18,134 nt of DNA from Ginkgo biloba (lineage: Eukaryota > Plantae > Ginkgophyta). Under the pieces are notes generated by a model. That model was not told the origin of the DNA, did no database searches, and worked only from the letters and a program-made list of their open reading frames with translations. The stretch covers positions 163,407,205 through 163,425,338 of the forward strand of contig JANKJI020000004.1 in assembly GCA_024626585.2 (NCBI GenBank), in the 5' to 3' direction. Positions 10,093-18,134 of the stretch are shown one piece after another (position 1 is the stretch's first letter; each line of letters begins with the position of its first letter). The position numbers were made by a program, and so were the translations under genes.

Positions 10093-13000
10093 TAATGTCT
10101 TCAGGTGACCAAACAGCAGTCAATGGGACTATAATAATGCATACAATAGAAGAGTCCTTTCAGCTGCTCCAGACCTAAGTCCATGACCTAAAAGAAAAAG
10201 AATCATGCAACCAACAAATAGAATTTTGAACCCAAGACTGCTGTTCTGAATACTGAAGTCTGCATAAATCTGAATTCTGTAATCTACAAACTAAAATTTC
10301 AATAGTCAAATCAAATATCTGAAAATCCCTAAGAAAGGAAACTGCTAGTCAGAAATCTAAAGTCCAAAGTATAGAGCTGTACCTTCAAGAAAAATCAGGA
10401 CAGTAGACTTTCAGATCTGAATTAACCATTCAGGAACATTTCAAGCTTGAGAAGTGTAGAACAAGTTCTGCCCTAGGGTAACTCTTGTTCCTAATTGTGT
10501 ATACTTCTGCCTATTTTTCTGGATGTATATATACTGTTGTATTTTCATCTCAAGAATCGAGTACGTTGCNNNNNNNNNNNNNNNNNNNNNNNNNNNNNNN
10601 NNNNNNNNNNNNNNNNNNNNNNNNNNNNNNNNNNNNGAGTTAGAACATTTTATGCATGAGTGTTTGGATGAATATATTCTGAGACGACTGCTGAAAACAC
10701 ACAAAAATCAGAACTGAAACCTTGCTTAAATACTTAGAAATGCAAACACTGACCTTCAGCATTGTACACTAAGTTCATATCCCAAGTCATGGGGTATATT
10801 AGATGAGGCAGTCTTAACCATTGCAGGAAATTAGGGTCAGTAACCTATAATTATTCTTAATAGAATATCTATCTATCTAACNNNNNNNNNNTCCTTGTAC
10901 GTCATGTTGACATCATGAAAAGATCCTTACATACAAAATTTGGGTCTGGTCCATGATGATCCTTCCCAAGATGCACTAAGCTATTAAGTCCCCTATTACA
11001 AAAAGGAATTATCTATCCTGGAAAATCCACTAGTGACTTACTATTCTTAGAGTGTGTTTTATTCCAAAGATGATATATAGAGGAAAATTGCCTTTACTAC
11101 ATGCTTATATCTTCTTCCACTACAGAATCTTCTTCAAAAGAGTTCCTGGANNNNNNNNNNNNNNNNNNNNNNNNNNNNNNNNNNNNNNNNNNNNNNNNNN
11201 NNNNNNNNNNNNNNNNNNNNNNNNNNNNNNNNNNNNNNNNNNNNNNNNNNTGGAGCGCTCATCATCAACTACAAGATGCATGCACTGGCATCCAAAGACA
11301 ACTTAGGCTTAGTCACACTCCTCGAGATAAGATTACAACGCTTTTCTAGGATGTAACATATGTTATCCAAGATTATCCATCGCAAACAAATAGTAGCTTG
11401 GAGTGTTGTTCAAGCATAGTTTGGACCTCACGACTCTACTTAGACACTATATTCTAGATCTACACATATCTACACAAAGTCCAAGCCATGGCAGACTCCC
11501 ACATGGGGAGAGCGCAATACCCATATCTAGCCTTATGCTCCTCATATATGTTGGCCAAAAGGAGACCAATAGGCATAGACACAACTGGTATAGCAAGGTT
11601 CCGTTCCTACCATAGACGATCAGGACATCAATTGATAGACTACCACCTTTCAGAGTCTCAGTGGATGCACCTACTCTCCTACTAACAAAGAAGGAGATTA
11701 ATGGGCAGACTCAAGAGGATATTTACAAGGTCTAAATCTAGTCCACGTGGATCTCTTTACCAAGGCTCTTAGCCCCAAGCTAGCCTTCTACCATGAGAAA
11801 TTCCTCTATATCTCTAAAGCACCATTGATCCTCCAAGCTACCTACGTTTGCATATTCTAGATTAGGTAAGTTTGAGTATGCTCCCATCAACTTTGGATAG
11901 AGGCAGAACATCATGTACCTAGAGATCAGTGCACTTGTAGACTTTGCTCACTTGAAGTAGAGACAAACGAGCATTTCATTTTTCGATGCCCTATCTTTTA
12001 TGAGCTTAAAGGGCGATACCATTGCCTTTTTAGAGATATAGAAGGGTCCCTCGCCGCATTCATTTCATACCAACACCAACAATATGTTGCTCTCTTCCTT
12101 AGAGAGATATTCCTCCATGGACGTTGCCAATTGGGGAACATGACATAGCATCATGACAAAATGCATCACCTCTTTCTTCCAGTCAACGACTTCAATAGTG
12201 GGGCAAAAGCATCATTAGGACATTCAATATTGTCAAGATACCAGGATTACTTGCTCTCAAGATAGCACAGAGCCTAGTAGGAGACATCCTAAATACACCA
12301 AGAGAGGTCCTCTTAGGACCAAAAGAGGCAACTCCATAATTAAGAGGGATAGACCTATTCCTAGTTTCTTTGAGCCGAAGGGACAGACCTATTACTAGTT
12401 TCTTTAACCCAAATAGATGATCTTCGACCTTGGATTCTAGGAGAGAGACAAGGATGGATAAACAAATGATAGACCTAGACCCGATAGCCATTAAAGATCT
12501 AACTATAAAGGAGATCATTAGATACACTTTGGGCGAGTTTATAGTAGTGGATGACTCTCAGATCTAGCATCATGCATCATAGGATTGTTAGTTTTTTAGT
12601 ACTTTAAATAGACGCCCTAAATGGGCTCTTATACCCAAGCAGAAGCTTTAGAAGGGCCCTCCTTCTAGNNNNNNNNNNNNNNNNGTTCTTACTGAGTGTT
12701 CACTCTATACCCTAGTTGTGGGTTATTGATGCAAAATCTTTCTAGGAGAGCCATTATTTCCCTCTTTCTTTGTAATGTCTTAGATTTAGCTTTGGAGAGG
12801 CTAGAGGCCCTCCCTTGATTTGTATCATGTATTCACATTATGACAGCCCCATTGACTACTTCTTGGTCACTAATGGACATAAATACACTTTCATTTGATT
12901 TCATTTCATTTTNNNNNNNNNNNNNNNNNNNNNNNNNNNNNNNNNNNNNNNNNNNNNNNNNNNNNNNNNNNNNNNNNNNNNNNNNNNNNNNNNNNNNNNN

Positions 13001-14582
13001 NNNNNNNNNNNNCATTCGTTTCATACAAGGATCGATAATGTAAGCCTCTCATCCTTAGAGAGTTTGTGCTCCACAAGTGTTGCCTCCTAGAGGGTATGAC
13101 ACAATATTCAAATAGTGTCAAGCACATCACCTCCTTCTAGCCGATGACTCTAGTGACAGACAAAAGCACCAACAGTACACACAGGGACTCTAGGGAGCCA
13201 CCCAACATTGTCCAAAGACCCAAACTAATCATCGCCATCCTTATGTAAAAATTGGCAGGAGACACTGCACATGCACCAAAGGAACTCCTCATAGGACCAA
13301 GAGAGACGGATCTAGATTCGAGGGAGGCAAACTCATTGGTAGTATTTTTTCCCAGACATAGGAGCTTCGACTTAGGATATTAGGAGAGGGACTGGGGTAG
13401 ACATGCAGGCAACCATGGATGACCTGACTGCAGAGGAGATCATCAGACAAAACTTGGCCAATTTTGTGATTGTGGGTGACCGATATATCTCTCACTAAAG
13501 GATTGACAAACTTTCAATGATCTCACTTGGTGCTTTAGGGGTTTATAAACCCTGGGTTGGAACATAGAAGGGCCCTTTCTAGAAGGTTCCTTGCATTCCC
13601 TTTGAATGTACCTTTTATTTCTCACTTGCTACTTTTAATTTTGAGTCTTATTAGTGGAGTTTTCTTCTAGCTCCTAGATTTTGCACTAGAGGTGCCACAA
13701 GCACTTGCCTAACTTGCAATATTTGTGCACGTTATTATAGTTCCATTGACCACTTTTTGGTTACATGTGGATATTAACAAATTGTCATTTTCATTTCATT
13801 TCATTTCTCCTCCTCTTTTTCACCATGGATTCATCATTCATTTCATGTCCCTCTCTTGTGGCTCTAAATGAGTATCCTTTCATAGGAGTCCATAAGAAGC
13901 ATTCCACAAGAGGCAGACGGACTAACCCTTCTATTCAAGACTCCCTCCCCCTTCTATGGGAAGGATGACAGAGAATTCATGTAGCTTTGTCAAACATAGA
14001 AAAGCGCTTGCAAAATGAATTCGAAAACATTCTCTGTGGAGTGGTGACAGCATGAACCATCAACCATAAGCACGAGCATAAGAAATCTGAATGAATATCC
14101 ACAGATTCAGAAGGGAAATATCATGGAATCTGTAGAAGACAAATTTCAAAATACTAGCAATGGAATTAATGAAGAATAAAGGAACTGCGCTTAACTAGGA
14201 TGATATCCAACTGAGCTTATCATATAAAAAGAACTCTTCTAGTCTGCCAAGCTCTCAAACATCTCTTTGGAGATAATAGGAGGTATAGTGATACTGCATT
14301 GGAGTTATCCTCATGTATTGTATACTCATTGCTTTGGTGGTATTGTAACTGTTGCAGGATCAGTAACCCTAAGTTGTTTTAGAAAAAAAATAATCATAAG
14401 AAGACAGAACTGCAGAATGTCAATGCCAGTCATAATGGCTATGTAATGTTTTAAAATGAAATGCATGGTCCACTAAACAAAATTTGGTTTCCAACTCGAT
14501 GGCTGTTTGGGGTTATAATTGACAAACTCACAATGAATAAAATAAACCCTCTTAGAACATTACTTAAAGTAGCAATCTTTGA

Positions 14583-14658
<76 letters not shown>

Positions 14659-15295
14659 TACACCCCCACCCACACACACCTTGTAGATACCAATTCAAAT
14701 TGGTATAACTAATAAGGACTAAGATACAGTATCCAGCAACAAAATCCAAAGGAGTAGTACCTGATTGAATCATTATTCGTTGCACCAAAGTTTATCCTCG
14801 CAGAAACTTTAAGAAAATATTCTGCCTCAAAATTTGTGTAGTACATGGAACCATTAAACTGCCGAAGTTCAAGGGTTGAAATAAATGGCTGACCGGTTGA
14901 AGCATTAGAGAGACACACACTAATTGAACTAGACATTGCCAACAAAATCAATTCATGTGTTTCTAACATGTCAATGTCAGATATAACAATAGTTGACCAA
15001 TGAGTTGCACCAAGAGAGATGTCAAACTTTGGAAACACATTGCTATTATCAAAATTCCCATATAAGAATGTTGCTCTTACAAGGTACCGTGTCCTGGCCT
15101 TCACATTCAATGTGTAACAATACTTTTTATTATCAGGAGGGAAGTATCTTAATGTCTGATATTGCTTCCGAGCCTCACCCACCACTGTTATATTTGCTAC
15201 AGAACCACCAAGAGTGAAATTGCTATCTGGTGTCCACTGAAGTCCAGTATCATCTGAATAAGCTTGTTTCCCTCCACAATCAAGGCTTAGAAAAC
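8004..15295 (-). CDS. Malectin-like domain LRR receptor-like kinase (LRR-I, At2g37050/At1g67720-like), ectodomain only. Exons on the minus strand: 15295-14761, 9848-9343, 9219-9087, 8810-8739, 8634-8566, 8474-8403, 8072-8004
   Basis: The seven exons total 1456 nt, all have AG/GT boundaries and their phases match (1,2,1,2,2,2,2,2). Translation: GFLSLDCGG...RYLVRATFLYGNFD...RFPDDPYDRIWESD...GPILNAMEI...EGGDPCLPVPWTWVHC, followed by four LRR exons. Family assignment comes from recalled motifs, not a database search. Confidence 0.93.
8403..8474 (-). CDS. RLK LRR exon 3
   Basis: 72 nt, tgtag|...|gtgag; reads HLEYNQLSGSIPISLANLPNLKQ(L). Confidence 0.93.
8566..8634 (-). CDS. RLK LRR exon 2
   Basis: 69 nt, tgcag|...|gtgag; reads WLDHNSLNGSLPDFGTLVNLKT(L). 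Confidence 0.93.
8739..8810 (-). CDS. RLK LRR exon 1
   Basis: 72 nt, tgcag|...|gtaagt; reads ILSAKNLTGRIPLQILNLTGLTD(L). Not in the ORF track. Confidence 0.93.
9027..9045. repeat. (CA)n microsatellite
   Basis: Seen directly in the sequence. Confidence 0.85.
9087..9219 (-). CDS. RLK exon: LRR N-cap with GDPC motif
   Basis: Acceptor ttttgcag|CT; reads AAALTSLITLYSSADWAREGGDPCLPVPWTWVHCSLDAEPRVTG(I); donor AT|gtac; GDPC codons at 9149-9160. A second in-frame AG lies 6 nt downstream. Confidence 0.9.
9343..9848 (-). CDS. RLK exon: second half of malectin-like domain
   Basis: Acceptor cag|G TTT CCA; reads (R)FPDDPYDRIWESD...RPPEKVMQTAVVG...YFAEIQDL...SSRGPILNAMEINKY...TED; donor G|gtgggt; 506 nt. 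Confidence 0.95.
9902..10088. repeat. (GA)n microsatellite spanning a gap
   Basis: Perfect GA runs on both sides of a 100-N gap. Confidence 0.95.
9902..10145 (-). mobile_element. Very short 3'-terminal remnant of the same LINE family attached to a (TC)n tract
   Basis: 10089-10140 (atattaatgtcttcaggtgaccaaacagcagtcaatgggactataataatg) matches the terminal motif and directly abuts (GA)n at 9902-10088. Confidence 0.65.
11251..12912 (+). mobile_element. Decayed, 5'-truncated non-LTR retrotransposon (LINE, RTE/RTEX-like): ORF C-terminus, 3' UTR and (CATTT)n tail
   Basis: 11882-12148 translates SHQLWIEAEHHVPRDQCTCRLCSLEVETNEHFIFRCPIFYELKGRYHCLFRDIEGSLAAF..., containing a C-x2-C-x8-H-x4-C knuckle. 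Broken upstream frames read RAQYPYLALCSS and SIDRLPPFRVSVDAP. Ends with the shared stem-loop at 12834-12885 and a TTCAT repeat. The 5' limit is uncertain. Confidence 0.8.
13013..13807 (+). mobile_element. Second, tandem 3' fragment of the same LINE family
   Basis: 13013-13140 aligns with about 12057-12182 (FVSYKDR*CKPLILREFVLH...KHITSF versus FISYQHQQYVALFLREIFLH...KCITSFF). Ends with the same stem-loop at 13728-13780 and (CATTT)n at 13786-13807. Confidence 0.75.
14587..14679. repeat. Compound (CT)n(CA)n microsatellite
   Basis: Seen directly in the sequence. Confidence 0.95.
14761..15295 (-). CDS. RLK exon: first half of malectin-like domain
   Basis: Acceptor cag|GT TTT CTA AGC; reads (G)FLSLDCGGKQ...YQTLRYFPPDNKKYCYTL...RYLVRATFLYGNFD...PFISTLELR...ARINFGATNNDSI(R); donor AG|gtac; 535 nt. 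Confidence 0.95.
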
Positions 15296-15606
15296 CTGCT
15301 TCATGTAACAGGTACAAAGGTTTCAGTAAATACAAATCTGGAAAATAGCATCAGATGGCAGAGAGTANNNNNNNNNNNNNNGCCGCTTCCCATTGTTCAG
15401 AATTCTCCTTCAATGCGCACATTCATATCATAAGATATACTGAAAACTTTTTCATATTACCTTTGCTCTAACTGTGACGAAAATAGGAAAAAACTAAATA
15501 TATAAATAAATAAAAGTGTTGGAGAAAAAATAGAACTAGGACCTTTCCTATCCTTAAAGAAATAAAAGTAGACCAAAAACAAACAAGACAATGGACTACA
15601 GGAAAA

Positions 15607-15728
15607 NNNNNNNNNNNNNNNNNNNNNNNNNNNNNNNNNNNNNNNNNNNNNNNNNNNNNNNNNNNNNAGGAGCAGCAAGAATGAGCCTAGCATGCAGGTT
15701 ACAGACCCCAGCTTCCACCAACACAAGC
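15607..15728 (-). CDS. Candidate signal-peptide exon of the RLK (3' part hidden in an N gap)
   Basis: Acceptor-like tttttgaagcag| at 15729; ATG at 15693 reads MLGSFLLLL into the gap at 15607-15667. It lies about 300-400 nt upstream of the phase-1 malectin exon, where a signal-peptide exon is expected. No donor site is visible. Confidence 0.4.
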
Positions 15729-17807
15729 CTGCTTCAAAAACAGAACTCAGGGATAACACATTAACATTAGAACAGGCATGGGTGATTATATACCTGTAGC
15801 ATAGCAGGCTCTGACTGAACAACTCAACCACAAAGTCAAGGTTAGAATAATATATTAGTTCACAATTAACACTGCTATTTAAGGTCAGCACAAGGCANNN
15901 NNNNNNNNNNNNNNNNNNNNNNNNNNNNNNNNNNNNNNNNNNNNNNNNNNNNNNNNNNNNNNNNNNNNNNNNNNNNNNNNNNNNNNNNNNNNNNNNNNNN
16001 NNNNNNNNNNNNNNNNNNNNNNNNNNNNNNNNNNNNNNNNNNNNNNNNNNNNNNNNNNNNNNNNNNNNNNNNNNNNNNNNNNNNNNNNNNNNNNNNNNNN
16101 NNNNNNNNNNNNNNNNNNNNNNNNNNNNNNNNNNNNNNNNNNNNNNNNNNNNNNNNNNNNNNNNNNNNNNNNNNNNNNNNNNNNNNNNNNNNNNNNNNNN
16201 NNNNNNNNNNNNNNNNNNNNNNNNNNNNNNNNNNNNNNNNNNNNNNNNNNNNNNNNNNNNNNNNNNNNNNNNNNNNNNNNNNNNNNNNNNNNNNNNNNNN
16301 NNNNNNNNNNNNNNNNNNNNNNNNNNNNNNNNNNNNNNNNNNNNNNNNNNNNNNNNNAGAACACACATTCAACTTGTGATGGAAACATAATCCACATACA
16401 GATATGTGTGTGTATCTATACTACAATATATGACTATTAGGAGTTATAATTTCTGTCTGCTGCCTAAATTTTACAGCAATCCAACTCAGAAATTTACCAC
16501 AATCTACCCCTATAGAACTCATACATCTATCTATTCACACGTACATACGCATCTGTACTATATTCTAAAATACTAAGCGAGTCAATAACAACCTTGTCCA
16601 ACTATCCACACTTTTCTTAGTAGTTCAAAAGTTCAACTACTTGACACAATTTACATTAGCTGAACCCAAAAATATTAATAAATAATAAAATTTACGTTCA
16701 TCCAAAACAAAAATAAGTCTTACTACTTGAACACATACAAAATTGTGGTTAGGTAAATACTTAACTATGGGTGATTGAATACGAACTATTGTTACATAAA
16801 AATATTACTAAATAATATACATTGGCAATTATTTGCCATGAGTATGTACTATAGTGAGTGAGTGTGTGTATATTTCCACACACATGTGCATGCATATATG
16901 TATATGACAATATATACATACATACACATGTTTGTCAGTGGATGTCTCTGTGTTAACAACACACACATGGATTTGACAGCCAGTTCATTAGCATGCATCC
17001 AACATACCTACATGGACTTCTTGTCATGTCACCACAGTGACAAACCACCCCAAACATGCCAACACATGATACAAGTTTAGGGTTTCAAAGGCAGAGTTCA
17101 TGCATAGTTTGTAAGTCATTTAAGCAAAGAAAAAGAGATCCAGTCATATATTTGCCCCATTTCAGAATGTCAATGGCATCTACCATGCAAACACAAGTAT
17201 GGAACAACCATACATTCATACATGATGAGATACGAAGTCTCCAAAGAGGTCCAAAGGGACATGTGTGGAATCTACTAGGATAATCAGCATCTATAGAGAT
17301 CCAGAGACTCATCACCAGCTGAAGAAACTACCTGCAACCTCTAATAATGATGATAGATGAAGGCCGCCTTTACTGGAGATATCAGATATTGTTGAATGAG
17401 GCCAAAGTGTGTAAATTCTTGACTCTGTCAAGAATCGACAGTATCTATTAATGTTCCATAGCATCCAATAACTTTCAGCTGGAAGTGAATTGGCTTTTCA
17501 AATATTTTGGACAGGTGCACCTTCCAGAGACTTTTTCAAATGCATGCAGGTAAATTCCTCATTGACACTTAAAACAAAGTAATCATCATTGATGAAAAAC
17601 CACAACATTGAACTTGAACTTGGTAACAAATTGCCTCAATGCCACAACAGGGCCAAGAATGGATCTGCTACAAATCAACAATTGGTTAACAATAAGAAGT
17701 TTTCTATGACAAGAAAGAATTGGAAACAAACTTCAACAAAAGAAGATTTGCTAGAAAATCCCAAAGGGTAAAGGCCAATTGTCTTAGATAACAAAGTTCA
17801 ATTGAAG

Positions 17808-17925
17808 TACAGAAGATAGTGTTCAATCGCAGCCAGAAGATAGTGTTCAATCACAGTTACAGAAGACAAGGTTCGATCACAGACATGATCAATGTTTGAT
17901 CGTTGGTGATCATATGTTCGATCAT
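17808..17925. repeat. Degenerate 24-26 bp tandem repeat
   Basis: cagaagatagtgttcaatc(g/a)cag at 17810 and 17834, a diverged copy at 17860, then further gtt(c/t)gatc cores. Confidence 0.75.
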
Positions 17926-18134
17926 CTCAACAAAAAATTGTAGCAGAACTACTAAAATCAATGGTTAACATAGTTAATATACTGAATAGTTACATTTATT
18001 TTAGGAAAAGTTGGCATCTCTATGAAAGGCACACTCACACCTATATATTTAAAAGCCATTGCAACATCAATCATCAATCAAGATGGTATTCTCTCGTATC
18101 AGAGCATCTCTAATCAGAACAATGTACATCATTA

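Noticed and set aside
9879-10178. ER/LS repeat ORFs (also at 14461-14788)
   Set aside because: They are translations of microsatellites.
13852-13913. 9 bp inverted repeat ctcttgtgg/ccacaagag
   Set aside because: Too short and isolated to call a MITE or structured RNA.
8004-15295. Gene symbol SYMRK
   Set aside because: The architecture is shared, but the sequence motifs fit the At2g37050-like clade better and orthology cannot be shown here.
15457-16397. Long ORFs of 165-303 aa in the ORF track
   Set aside because: They are artefacts of N runs; the same applies to most X-containing ORFs.
17085-17335. Possible upstream exon or ORF on the minus strand
   Set aside because: An acceptor-like site is present, but there is no recognisable protein or supported donor; it needs transcript data.
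18084-18105. PBS-like gtatcagagc (also tggtatca at about 7280)
   Set aside because: Incomplete matches that are not directly preceded by a clear LTR-terminal CA.

Overview
Eukaryotic plant genomic DNA from a gapped draft assembly, AT-rich and transposon-dense. The main feature is a minus-strand, intron-containing gene for the ectodomain of a malectin-like-domain/LRR receptor-like kinase. It belongs to the LRR-I type and most resembles the At2g37050/At1g67720 group, with a SYMRK-like malectin-GDPC-LRR layout. Seven exons (15295 down to 8004) join with canonical GT-AG sites and matching phases into about 485 aa. A candidate signal-peptide exon runs into an N gap, and the transmembrane/kinase exons are not visible. 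The 4.9 kb intron and the 8 kb downstream region hold decayed mobile DNA. This includes four copies of one non-LTR retrotransposon family (RTE/RTEX-like by recall) sharing a 3' stem-loop but ending in different microsatellite tails; three retain ORF sequence with a PIP-box-like motif, and one shows a CCHC knuckle. There is also a Ty3/gypsy gag remnant, an LTR end with a tRNA-iMet PBS, PPT-like repeats and short tandem repeats. No prokaryotic-type system or CRISPR array is present. The most interesting signals are the LINE family features and an in-frame, stop-free intron just upstream of the GDPC motif.
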